Shown here in pieces: positions 11,101-20,197 of a DNA stretch of 64,000 nucleotides (position 1 is its first letter; every line of letters begins with the position of its first letter). Made by a program: the position numbers and the translations under genes. Under the pieces are notes generated by a model. It was not told the DNA's origin. It did not search any database and saw only the letters and a list, made by a program, of their open reading frames with translations. The stretch is from Amphiscolops sp. MND2022 (Eukaryota), in the NCBI GenBank assembly GCA_964187785.1, contig OZ076409.1:13580001-13644000 (forward strand), read 5' to 3'.

Positions 11101-14100
11101 TTAACATTCGGTTAGGTGTTTGAAAATTGATTAGCACGGTCCGAAATATGAAAGGTTCTAAGTTGTCTACAAGCAATTTAGCGCGTAGTATTGCGCGTTC
11201 AAAAGGTTGCAACACTACGTCCTGTGCAATCGCTACCGACGAATTGAGTGATTCGTTACTTACTTGTGTGTGGGCATGGTACCACACTGGTTCAGACGGA
11301 GCTCGGACAATGACCTTCATCGCGGTTAAATCCACCAAGACTTGATAAGCTCGTAGGAAGTTTCTGCCCAGGAGGAAGTCTTCCACTCCCATGGCATCAT
11401 CGACTACCACGAAGTTAGTTTCCAATTCGTAGCCTCCCAGTTGGAATTTGACTTTCTCCGCTAGACCAAAAGTCTTGATCGTTTTCCCATTCGCGGCATA
11501 TAGGTCAATACCATAAGGTCGTAGGAGTGTCCCAGTGCGCACAGCGACTCGATTGTAGGCTGAGAAGGTGAGGATGGACACTCCTGATCCAGTGTCTATC
11601 AGACCACGTAACGGCACGGGAGCAGCATCGGGAACCACGAATGATACTACGAGCGACGCACGCTCATCGATTCTCGCTTCACCAGTTGGTTCTTGAGCAT
11701 CAATGTTATAGCAGCGCAGCTCCTGCGGTCCCAAGCAGATTCCAGGAGGAAACGCGTCAGTAATGATAGTGGCACCAAAACGCATGTCAACACCATCTAT
11801 GCAAGCTTTGACTGGAATCGGAGAATAGGCATGATACGTCGAAGTGACACCTTTTACCTGCCATTCTTCCGGTTGGGGCAGGGTCAATTGTCGGCAATTC
11901 TCGTTTGCGGTTATCTCGTCTATCAGGGCGTCTATGGTGAGTTCTGGGCGGGTTTCTCTCTCAATCGCCAATAGCAATCGGACAGACATGATAGTGCGTC
12001 CCGAGGGATCAAAAGTAGTTGGCTCCGGGTTCGTTTGGATTTGGATTTTGCCACATGTGACGGTAAGGGGCGTCGTCATGTGAGCGGCTTCAGCAGGGCG
12101 AAGCATGAGTACCATTTCGCTGTCACTCATTGTTTGAGAAGCAGGTGGCTGTTCAGCCCAGAGGCTGTAGGCCAAATCCTCATGTACCGGAACATTTTGG
12201 CATTGTGATGCAGAGTGTTCAGTCATGCCACAATTTACACAGAATACGGGGCCAGAACATGCAGAGGCCACATTATTCTCGCATAAGTTTACTCGTTCTT
12301 CGGGTGCAGCGCGAGCCGCTGGTTTCCTTGCTAGGTCTCGACTTGGGCATTCCCTTGCAAAGTGACCTGGTAGTCCACAGTTGAAGCATGCTCCTTGGGG
12401 AATCACTCTCGCTGGTTGCTGTTGCGCAGGAGCCTGTTTTACCGATGCAGGGCCTGGTGGAGCCATTTGGGGTTTAGCCTCTCGTTGTCCTTGGTTAGGA
12501 GGTAGTACGTTTTGCGGTATGCCTGGTGCTGGATGAACCAATTTTCCTGGCACGAAAGGGTGAGGCCTCGATCTCATTGCATACCTTGGGTCGTAGGGTT
12601 TTGATGTGTTTGGGCGATGCCGTTGCAATTGTCTCGTGGTGAACCTTAGGGATTCTACAGTTGGTGGTTCGGTCAGATATGCCTCTGCGGCGTACACCAC
12701 GGCTAACTCTTGTCGCAGCGTCGGGTCATTGATGCCATCTATAAAACGTTGCAGGATCTCATAACGACGCGTAGTGATAGGCTCGTCTGGGAAACCTTGG
12801 GTGCGCAGACCTTCCAATGCGTCTAAGAATTGCATCCAATCCTCTTTTTCCTGTTGGACACGAGACATGAAGGTTTGCCTGACGTGCATGCGATTTCCAC
12901 CGGTTCCAAATCTGCTGGCCAAGAGAGAGAATACCTTCTCGGGCTCGTCTCGTTCAGGTTCAGATTTGTTGATTATATAATTTCTTGCCTCTCCTTCCAG
13001 GTGATCGATGATAGCCCAGGCTCTGTCGATCTTTGGGGATTTTGTATGTACCCTTTCTAGAAATCGCTTCATCACTGGGAGCCATCCATCGACAGAACCA
13101 TCTTTTGTACCTTTGTATACCGTAGGGCGCACCCTAGTTTGATCTCGATTAGCAATCAGCGGCGCTAGTTCCTTGGACATGGCTTTGGATATTGCCTCGG
13201 TAAACCTAAGTTGCTCCGGTGATATTGGCGCTTCTTCACTGATAGCTGGTGGCGGGATACTGCTGCCTCGCGTTGAGTTGACAGAGTCATCGGTGTTCTC
13301 GGGGAGAGTCACTTCTCGGCGTCGAGTGCTGCTGGCGCATGGGTTGCCCGGGGGTAATTCGTCGTTCGCGGTTTGGAATTCTGCAGCTGATTCTCCCAAA
13401 GTTGCATTTGCTGTTTGGAAGGTGCTGGTGACTTCAGTTAGCACGTTTGTGCGTGTGGGCTCTCGCAGGTCGCTGATACCCATGCTTGAAGTGTCGATAG
13501 TTATCATCTCGCATGTTGGTTCTTTCTTGTGAGTTTTGGTCGTGGGTGGAATATTTTTTGTTGATACCGCGGATGGGATAAATTTCGTCGACGTTGACGC
13601 AGCTTCTCCATTTGAGACCAGAGTTTGTGGCAAGGGCGCGTACCTGGCCAAGTGTTGTTTAGAGCCAGATGGGTTTGTTGAAATCGTCACACTCTCTTTT
13701 GGCTTGAGGGAAACGCTTTTCATGGGTTTTGGCAATGATATATCAGTGTCTCGCAGCAACTCTTTGATGGTGTTGCTTACTGGTGCGGGTTGAGGTTGGA
13801 TATTCTTCAACATAGTGCCCATTGCTTGTATCTGTGAACATACCTCTTGCAGTTGAGCTTCCATACGTACCTCTCTTTCGGTCACCATATCCTTTATTTC
13901 GGCCATTCGATAACCCATGGCATCCATTCGGGCGGCCTGGATTTCATGTCCTTGCGCTTGTCGCTCAGTCGATGTTCGCAGTTCAGTTTGTACGGCTTCT
14001 ATCTCCTCCATTATTGACTGATGCTCTCTATCGCACCTTGCTTTACGCTCAGACAGTTGTGAAGCAGCTTGCTTCACGCCTATCTGGGCATCTAATAGAG

Positions 14101-14878
14101 CTTTGCGTGCTTTCGCTGCTTCATGTACGGCTCGATATGCTGAAGATCGGGCAGATGCAGCTTTTGATGAAGGTGAGGATGAGCGCGAGTCGCCATGAGG
14201 TCCTGTAGTGCCGGTCTGTGCTAGTAAGGCTGGAGGCCGTACTTGCTTACCCTTCCCAGATGCTCGGGGGGCCGTAGCTTCTTGAAGACGTGCCTTTGCA
14301 TAGTTCATACCCCCGACATAAGACATTTGTTGCAATATCTCTGCCGTGTTCGCAGTGCTCTCGCTGGCCACGCTGGGAGCTTTGAGTTGTCCAGTGGCAT
14401 TCAGGCAACTCATTTCAGCTTCTTCCTCAGCGTTTGTTCTGTTGGAGTTGGGCCAGGTTCCTGCTTCGTCAGTACCGAAAGGTGTGACGGCTACTTTGGT
14501 GAGTTCTTGTAACCATTTGGACGTATGCGCCTGACTTCCTGTTTCGTCTGCTGAACCTCCGATATCATCGGTAGTCTTGGCGATCGGCTTAGTCTGATAC
14601 TCCTCCGATGCGTCGTCTGACATAGGGTCTGAAAAATCGGGTTCCATAACGAAACTGTCATCAGTTGGCCAATCTTCCTCCCTGGGGTCTGAGGTCAGGT
14701 CTGATATCGCACTGAGATTTGTCTCGCACCCCGTTGGGTCTGGTGTCTTTGATGCTTCAGTGCATCGCGAGGTGTCCTTCCTCCCCCCTTTTGAATGATT
14801 AGAGCGTCGCTGGGTGTTCGCGCGGCCTAATGTTCTCGTTATAGAAATCCAAAGGTTACGCAAACTGTTGGGTTTCAT
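5111..14878 (-). CDS. Gag-Pol polyprotein (~3255 aa from first ATG; open frame extends to 15031)
   Basis: CCHC knuckles CFNCGLPGHFAREC and CVNCGMTEHSASQC; protease LIDTGS and DFLLGRNFL; RT LRFCCDFR, MPFG, YIDD; RNase H LDTDAS...NADGLS; integrase HHCC, D-D(35)E, WRGPHKV. Confidence 0.95.
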   Translation of the reverse strand: MKPNSLRNLWISITRTLGRANTQRRSNHSKGGRKDTSRCTEASKTPDPTGCETNLSAISDLTSDPREEDWPTDDSFVMEPDFSDPMSDDASEEYQTKPIAKTTDDIGGSADETGSQAHTSKWLQELTKVAVTPFGTDEAGTWPNSNRTNAEEEAEMSCLNATGQLKAPSVASESTANTAEILQQMSYVGGMNYAKARLQEATAPRASGKGKQVRPPALLAQTGTTGPHGDSRSSSPSSKAASARSSAYRAVHEAAKARKALLDAQIGVKQAASQLSERKARCDREHQSIMEEIEAVQTELRTSTERQAQGHEIQAARMDAMGYRMAEIKDMVTEREVRMEAQLQEVCSQIQAMGTMLKNIQPQPAPVSNTIKELLRDTDISLPKPMKSVSLKPKESVTISTNPSGSKQHLARYAPLPQTLVSNGEAASTSTKFIPSAVSTKNIPPTTKTHKKEPTCEMITIDTSSMGISDLREPTRTNVLTEVTSTFQTANATLGESAAEFQTANDELPPGNPCASSTRRREVTLPENTDDSVNSTRGSSIPPPAISEEAPISPEQLRFTEAISKAMSKELAPLIANRDQTRVRPTVYKGTKDGSVDGWLPVMKRFLERVHTKSPKIDRAWAIIDHLEGEARNYIINKSEPERDEPEKVFSLLASRFGTGGNRMHVRQTFMSRVQQEKEDWMQFLDALEGLRTQGFPDEPITTRRYEILQRFIDGINDPTLRQELAVVYAAEAYLTEPPTVESLRFTTRQLQRHRPNTSKPYDPRYAMRSRPHPFVPGKLVHPAPGIPQNVLPPNQGQREAKPQMAPPGPASVKQAPAQQQPARVIPQGACFNCGLPGHFARECPSRDLARKPAARAAPEERVNLCENNVASACSGPVFCVNCGMTEHSASQCQNVPVHEDLAYSLWAEQPPASQTMSDSEMVLMLRPAEAAHMTTPLTVTCGKIQIQTNPEPTTFDPSGRTIMSVRLLLAIERETRPELTIDALIDEITANENCRQLTLPQPEEWQVKGVTSTYHAYSPIPVKACIDGVDMRFGATIITDAFPPGICLGPQELRCYNIDAQEPTGEARIDERASLVVSFVVPDAAPVPLRGLIDTGSGVSILTFSAYNRVAVRTGTLLRPYGIDLYAANGKTIKTFGLAEKVKFQLGGYELETNFVVVDDAMGVEDFLLGRNFLRAYQVLVDLTAMKVIVRAPSEPVWYHAHTQVSNESLNSSVAIAQDVVLQPFERAILRAKLLVDNLEPFIFRTVLINFQTPNRMLKNAIFLEDTVATVGETGFLYVSLGNLTSNVQRIKKGTLLGTAVPVTMVHKAIPQIVPGQSSETQQSNANYVCKIYEQMNLDSSSEYSSSSEFEFLSSTEPSELGLSEREVKKRTDPALMAPIPGPEAQLDEVRGLWGSTASDTLSKLLNEFDDLFMKFKADIGKCKIAKHPVELEPGAVPHREGARRMSPDKAERANQEVRDLLALGMIQPSLSPWASGIVMVKKKSGELRFCCDFRPLNEVTIKDAYPLPRIDESLSRLGKAKIYTSIDLAWAFWQIPVRKADRQKTAFACELGLFEWRRMPFGMCNASATFQRAIARALQRIVNREGSMVMAYIDDIVIATETIEDHMDRLREVFQCLREAGFKMRVSKCDFMKSEIKYLGRVVSADGIKPDPKAVTKLKEWDIPRTKTELQSFLGFANYYRDFIPWHAKLVAPLHAITGGASSFLWGEEQQRAFNSIKVALMEATALAQPDTEGEFVLDTDASGVAISGILHQWQGPPESRKLRPIVFGSKKLTATQAKYGAPKLEMYAAYYFILKNHSYLCPRKFTLRVDNQALSWLKTYSMDQAIIGRWIMALEKYHFSIEHRPRTQHRNADGLSKRTNDYKKHEKQLKGLPAIADKWDFLSQEEYNKLPLAPWFDVHGRVIPNHPELPAHLQRLGSQSSPETTITAPTRKSGGSKRNATIRDKAMRAPLPTLPKPELTLPAELYPEYPEDWLELTEEYQRDYLLPTHAANVPSRTTYPLTEKQATSTAPEHVKQAAFVVNSISMELHEHANTVHGLKDLLLAQNRDVHILAIKKLVEQESIDNDVFPENVRTFAKNYYKQKKNLLLINANGILCVKYSKTQRALHERPCMIVMPQLYQHEILFKAHDAMGHQGIAKVLARIQERHTWPGIRRTIGQYVSQCITCQQVRDKPGDVRFHLKNIQSGYFNELVQYDHMKICPSDDGNTGILVIIDHFSKLAEAVPCNHDEYDAATTSKLLLQKWFARHGTPTRMQSDNAPNFTAAVSAEFMKAAQVTKVTSTAGHPRTQGLVERQNRTLLTLLRVFCSRRMRDWDQYLDEVMGAYNSTRHATTGFSPYMLTRGMEKAIPLTFLYPEFATQSFESHEAYVEHVLARQQEIHDLVRRNTHQAQQRQKLKYDRAIRAKAYEVGEPVWVFCRYIPQKGSPKLMRAWRGPHKVARVLQEGRVYILDTGQKVHFERLKPHHGGPTEWATVPAHNGEVAIIMDPDPEQSHEEVRDDASQPSYRAEEPISEASNASLPSRQRHWMDTRLRTHMRAGGSRLHYQQFGYSSTESDDERSDVLLSSVQASPDESVILSSQVEEPAPIPEMPISPLPAMEALFSENEAVPDALDIAPNPTIHVPTKSAATSLTGTSAPLLTNPSLTDMLSNFPIWPLIDDNVLNPTLDDNGAETPTTNNEKGSIPPATVPTNNDAATTTKLPNAPRGRGPRGRPPGRARPRASLPRGHQRRGAIRGARKRGRPRGRPPRITHARPNTPTRVRNTPSMDTDSSAPSAAVTSDQAAPPESTNARYGLRRNRTPRYRCGTCGLRNCECNYMVHAGFPINSQGILLAREQEKSLPSGMVDRLVIRAEKTYTGLQRSDTPYPVDYILSKMKDSTIAKAPCPRFKEWTYDLVGLEFTLPITVPPLPTNIAFGPFNYEREPIQMIRCIPADLLYDKYNVTAKPGDVYQPTSNWWLLITAKQASDLVHPTNLNTCLESLRTMASPDRITCFHTIDLYRGKIKFEWWLELIIAVLSNFSRIRILDEWTHSFPSPVSLQSALHALDTWSRANIDNQSLPRSVWQDLGAIKGLLLNACDDALSKDPGRELVYHGAVRPQLVDYVQYANTDFLQTPHHIVLCCPANLETSSAALRYVIREHGADAIFQLRPEVGNIVTLPTSLIDGHPQTIHLLITRATPRCPMLADILFGCLDHLKMLLERLEAIEVHFAIIDPERPIRNLFDFYTCLMDVFADTPLTVVLHDRVYVSIASVASFP

Positions 14879-17232
14879 GACTTCGCACGTCTCGAAAAGG
14901 TCAAAAATCGATCTAGGGGTCGTACCGGCGTGAAACTTACACAGCGCGCTGATACCGTGGTGTGGGGCCGGAAATCGTGCGTTTGGGGCTTGCGGAACGG
15001 CTGATTCGCAAACAATTGAGTTTTTAGACAATTTTTGAGTTTTTCAGATTTCTTTACAAATGACTAAGATGCCTCGAACGCAACGTGTAATCGTCGGAAA
15101 CACTTAAAAATTGTCCACCTGACCTCGTGGTAGGTGTACTACACGCTAGCAGAATTAAATCTAAGCTAAGGTTTTTATTTCAAGATTCAGGCTGATCCGG
15201 ACGTTCGGTACCCTTAGTCATCAAGATACGTCAATTTTCATGCTTATTTCAAGATTATTCTCCATTGAAAAAAGCTAGCGGGCTCAAAATTTGCAAAACA
15301 AGGTATTATCTGGTACAAATGATAGAAATGAATTGCAATTCAACCTCGTTTTTCAATTAAGGTACTCGGATCACTCAGGAAAAATTTGAAAAATTACCCT
15401 CTATGCCCAATTTTTTGAGTGGTACGTTTTTTCCATTTTCTCATCAAGTACCGGTTGGATTGACACGAAACTTTGTGGTTACAGCCGATGAATGTGTACA
15501 ATGCCGGTGAAACCATCAAAAGAAAGCGCGGACGCTAATTTGAGGTTTCGACCTTACTTGGACAACACTCATAAAGAAGAACAATTTTGGACTACTTTCT
15601 TCACAAATTGGCTAAGAGGGTCACCTCAAAAAGCGGTAGGGCTGAAAAAATGGGATCTAGGTGTTGCCCCACTACTCGTAACACTAGGATAAACCCTCGA
15701 TTAGATGTGCCCGTTAAGTATGAGGCACCGACAGTCCTTCAGTTTTGGATTATTTCGGTAGTTTTACAGTCCTCTAAAGTGGAAACGTTAAAGAACTTTT
15801 CTCGATTTCGGTGAAAGTTACGTCCACCAAATTTTTGGCACTAGCGTTATTTTTAGTGGTGGTTATGAAAGTGCAACCACCTTTTGGCTAAGGTTCAAGA
15901 ATCTATGACCCGACCTTAACTCAGAGACAGTCCGGATTTTAGGAAAATGGAGGTTTTTCAGTGCATTCTTCTACTTTTCTCAGCACTGAAAGGAAATTTT
16001 GGGATGCGGTCTTCACTATAGATCGTTAAATTTACTGAATAAACTGAAAATGATAGCCCGGGGGCTATTCCAAGCGTAGAAGTGTTCGTCAATAGTCAAG
16101 TTGGGTTTCTTCTAAGAGTACTATAGAAAAACCTTAAAATCACAGTTTTCGTAACTTTTTTCAGGAAGTAATGGTTATGATTATCAAAATGGGTATTGTT
16201 GGGTACCGGCAGGTGCACCCCAACCTAATTGCAACCATACGGGGGTGTTTAAAAGCTTCCATACAGATTCCCCCACAAGTTCAAAGTGCTAAAATGTTCA
16301 GTTTTTCAAAAACGGGTTTTTTTTCCTCACAAAACTTATACTAAGTGCCTTTTCGGGCAACTTTGAGTACTTCGTCACGTTTTTTGCGAACTCGTTAGAG
16401 TCCTGAGCTACTTTTATTTAATTTCTGCAGGTGTGTGGCTAGCACCAAGAGCGCTCGCGCTCATGTAGGTGTTTCGCCTCAAAATGGCCAAATTTGGCAC
16501 TTTTCGCCGAAAATACATGAGAAAACGCACTTTTTTCGCACAAAATAGGTGCAAAAGCACACACTTAGTTGCAGAAGGCTCGTAAAAACATTGGCAAATG
16601 GTCGTACACAAAATTTTGAGCAACCCAAAAAATTTTTTCAACCTGACTCAAAAATATCATACAACCCGGACTGACGAGTCGTGTCTTCTCGTTCTTTTTG
16701 CTCATCACCCAGAACAGCTAGAGACGAATGGGTTGCACCATTAGACACGTCAGCGTTTGTAGTACGTCTCCACCAAATTTCATTTCTCTAGGTTGCCTGT
16801 ACGGGAAATGGGATCGGTGAGTCGTGTAACTCGTTTCGGCAGATTGTAAGATTCCTCTGAGCAAGGATCATCCTCTTCTCAACACTCACTTCATTGGTCA
16901 TAAAAAGCTGAAAAAGGCTAGAAAACACCTGTTAACACTTCTAGCAGCCTCCCAGCGACTTGCTAGACCAATTTTATGAGTGACCCGTTAAGAGGGTAGG
17001 CTATTTCGATCGTTACCTGTCAACTACAAAAAATATGAAAATCACAACATACAACGCTTCTTTACAAGATTTACCTTTATCCACCGGGGTTGAAGTCTTC
17101 AATGACACACACAGGGTAAAAATATTGAAAAACTCTGCTTCTCTCTTCTTTCCATCAGAGTCGGGTCGTACTTGGCGTCAATCACCAGAGGGTCGGCTGT
17201 TTTAAAACCATTAAGGGAAGCACTTCGAAGCG

Positions 17233-17250
17233 ATCCCTCTGTGGTCGCCA
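17233..17250 (-). promoter_or_regulatory. Primer binding site TGGCGACCACAGAGGGAT (tRNA-Arg-like), element A
   Basis: 18-nt TGG-started sequence identical to 37261-37278 in otherwise diverged leaders; complement resembles the 3' end of metazoan tRNA-Arg (isoacceptor assignment from memory). Confidence 0.8.
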
Positions 17251-17266
17251 AAAAATGATGTCTCTA

Positions 17267-18000
17267 TGTAACGACAAGCTCTCACCATTGTCGCCGTAAC
17301 CATAAGAGTTAGAGGAACACATGATATGGGTATTTTCCCGGGACAGGCGCCCATGACCATGAGCTCATTTTGCCTCTTTCGGGTAAAAACTGTCCCGTCA
17401 GAGGAGGATTCCGCTTCTTGTGAAGTGCTCGCCGGCCTGATCCAGTCTGTAATTGCTATCAGTAGTGCGCATTACGCTTTTTCTTCGAAACCAACACTTA
17501 GACAGCCTTTAAAAAATGCAAGTGGTGGAAAGGAAAAATCAAGTTTTTTCAAAGTTACACAGGAGATCGAGATGAGTAGCTCACGAGCTGTTACAACAAG
17601 AAAATACGAAAATTACTACATAATTAGCACTTTTGAGGCAGCAATTAGCCGGGGACACAAGCACGGATGCTTGGTCAAGCTAATTGACTCATTTTTGGTA
17701 ATCACAGCGTCTTGTAACGCTTCGCTGAAGAAAGCACTGGTTAGAACAAAGTTCAGTCCGTTTTGGCAGAAATTTGAGTCTTTTTCTGACAGTGGCCGTG
17801 TTTCTCTGTAATCTTCTCGTTCGGTTGGGGTCTCTCTCGAGTCTTTTGCTCAAATTCTCTTCAATTCTGTGGGCAGGTACTTGAATAAAGACACGCTGCC
17901 ATCTAGCGGAATATGACTCTTTAGTAGAGGAGATATAGTCCCTTGAACGAAATTTTCATCGAAATTTTCGAAATCGTGCACTCGATAGGTAATCGCTACA
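17267..18000 (-). repeat. Putative 5' LTR of element A (~734 bp)
   Basis: Starts TGTAACGAC 16 nt from the PBS as in element B; ends ATCGCTACA (7/9 inverted match); shares the subterminal motif CTTGAnCGAAnTTTTCATCGAAAnTTT with the element B LTR; partner LTR not in window. Confidence 0.7.
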
Positions 18001-18669
18001 AAGTAGTCGAATGTAAGATAACTTTTGATGTTTTCTGCAGTTTTGTTGCACAATTTTTGATCCATTTCGTGGGTTACCAAAATGTAAATTCTCAACAACG
18101 ACTTTACTTGGTATCCAGTAGCTGGTTTTGAAAATACAACTGCCGTTTCATGTTAGAACTTCTAACATGAAACTGCAGTTGTATTCGACATTTTTGACTC
18201 AACTGTTGTTAGTTTCGAGAATTTTTATCCATTTTTCAATCTGCGGTAGCTTTTTTGAAGAGCCTATTGTTTCAACGTTTTGGTCAAACAAAAATATAAT
18301 TGAGAAAAACTTTCATGAAATGGGCAAAATTCTGGTCAATTTTTCAAAAAGCTAAAATTCCTTGTATTTTTTCTGGTGTTTATTGAGTTTTTCAGGTCTC
18401 TTATAGTATAGCAAAATAACCTAAAGTTGCTCAGAATAACCTAAAGTAATCAAAAATTTGTTGACGTTTTCATGCATTTGCTTGTAACGTTTTCTTGCGA
18501 TTTCATGAGTTAGAATGGTGTAAACTATCAAGAACGACTAAACCCTGTAGCGAGTAGACATTTTGCAAGAAATATTTGCAGTTTTTTCAAAATAACCCCA
18601 AAGTAGTCACTTCTGACATAGTGAATTTTAAAAAATATAAAAACTTGGTTTGTTAGGTACTGGTATCCA

Positions 18670-18862
18670 CGCAGTTCAACGACAAAACAAATAGGTCTCA
18701 AATTATGTTTCTTCAAAAATGGGATAATGTGAATCAAAGAGTGTCAAAAGTTATCTTCAAACTTCTTTGCATTGTCATAGTGTATCGGCTATGCTTGAGC
18801 CTCAAATTTATGTAGAACAATTTTGGACTGAAAATTGCCTGCTGGTCAGCGGGCGTCTTGTC
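18670..18862 (+). repeat. Old interspersed repeat, diverged copy 1
   Basis: Colinear similarity to ~54205-54415 (ACAAAACAAATAGGT...AGTGTCAAAA...CATAGTG...TTGAGCC...TTTTGGAC...CCTGCTGGnCAGCGGG). Confidence 0.55.
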
Positions 18863-18900
18863 TTATAAAATTCGAAACTAAATATGAATATGTTGATTAC

Positions 18901-19610
18901 TGTAACGTCCGGCTAGCGGCGCACATCTAGGAAGAGGGACAATGCCTAGGATGCTTAAACAGGAGACCGTTGTCTTACTACATACCTAGACACTAGTTTT
19001 TGATCCCAAAATGGTCTCCATGGGGGACTTTTCTAACGTCTAAGGAGACTCCTCTAATTAGAGCTCCGAGGCGACGTGCCGGCACTCTCAATGTCCGGAC
19101 ACGCCCCACAAGCCTGTAAAAACCAATCCTAAGGTTTTTAGCGCGTTCCTGCTATCTCCTACATACTTCCGAGGTCCAAAAAGGTGTCTATCCGAAAAAT
19201 GTCATTTCGACTGTTATGGGCATGAAATGCCGACCTAGAAGGTCAGGCATGGGAAAAATGACAAAACGCATTAATATAAATCAACAAAATAAAGGGGGAT
19301 AAGCCCCGAGTGGAAATACAGTTACTGTTTGCAGGTTTTCGGGGATCCAGTCATGTAGTTCTAGAATGGCTCTGCTTTCCCAGGGATGACATAGCACCGG
19401 GTAGCGTTCTTCGATTTCTATCCTGTGGATCTTCATGTCGTCAGTCGTCTACTTCTTTTTCACCTCCTGTCGTTCTTCTCGTTCACGTGTTCTCTCTTTC
19501 ATTTTTGTGGGCTTTAAGGACCTGCCAGGTCGGCCATTTTGATTCGCACCTTTTTTGGTTCTTGATCGAATTTTTCATCGAAAATTTGGTGTTGACTGGT
19601 GGACGTTACA
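18901..19610 (-). repeat. 3' LTR of element B
   Basis: 710-bp match to 37295-38004 (3 substitutions seen); 10-bp terminal inverted repeat; abuts the PPT. Confidence 0.97.
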
Positions 19611-19618
19611 TCCTCCCC
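19611..19618 (-). promoter_or_regulatory. Polypurine tract of element B
   Basis: Minus strand GGGGAGGA immediately before the TG of the 3' LTR. Confidence 0.75.
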
Positions 19619-20197
19619 GGGCCGTAGTTTGTCGTCCTCGGCAAACGAGAGGATGCTCGCACCCAAAGGGTACTCTGAGATTCACAGAAAAGGTCTTATA
19701 TCAAAGCTATGTTGATTTCACATTACTATTCTTTTCGCTTTACTACTGCATGTCTAGCACCCTAAAGCCATCGAATTCAAAAAGCACTGATTTTTAGGTT
19801 AAAAACTATACAGTCGGATTTTTTCTTTAAAAAAAGGTTTTTTCACTAATTACTCAGTTCAAGTTAAAATTTCTTTTTCTAAAATTGGGCCCCTGCGCGG
19901 CCAAGTGAGTAACAACAACTTTTGGGTTTGGTAGAAGTTTCAAATTCAAATCAAAACGGGAGGGCACCGAACCGGGACCCACCCAGAGGATGTAACTATA
20001 TTGCATTGTTGCAATGGTAGCAAAGTAAAATATACATCAAACAAAACTCAGGAATTAAGGTTTATTGCACTGAAAGTTTTCAGCACCAGTAAGATGGTGT
20101 AGCACAACTAAAATCAAGAATTGGCATCAGTACATTGATGATAGGGTCCTTTATGCTCAATTGTGTTCTAACAGCCTTGGGGGTCCAGAGGACTCCT

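Larger units (their letters stand above)
1..18000 (-). mobile_element. Giant Ty3/Gypsy LTR retrotransposon, element A (3' LTR outside window)
   Basis: Intact Gag-Pol ORF in PR-RT-RH-IN order plus downstream ORF2; PBS at 17233-17250; putative 5' LTR 17267-18000; same layout as complete element B. Confidence 0.93.

Noticed and set aside
10960..11240. dUTPase between protease and RT
   Set aside because: Only a beta-rich spacer with N..(S)..IKKGT.LG-type remnant common in Gypsy Pol; no dUTPase catalytic motifs visible
17267..17595. Shorter 329-bp LTR for element A ending at GTTACA 17595
   Set aside because: The subterminal motif shared with the element B LTR lies at 17942-17967, supporting an end at 18000
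19310..19627. Duplicated 105/112-aa ORF (also 37704-38042)
   Set aside because: Simply LTR sequence; GTG start and it runs off the LTR end
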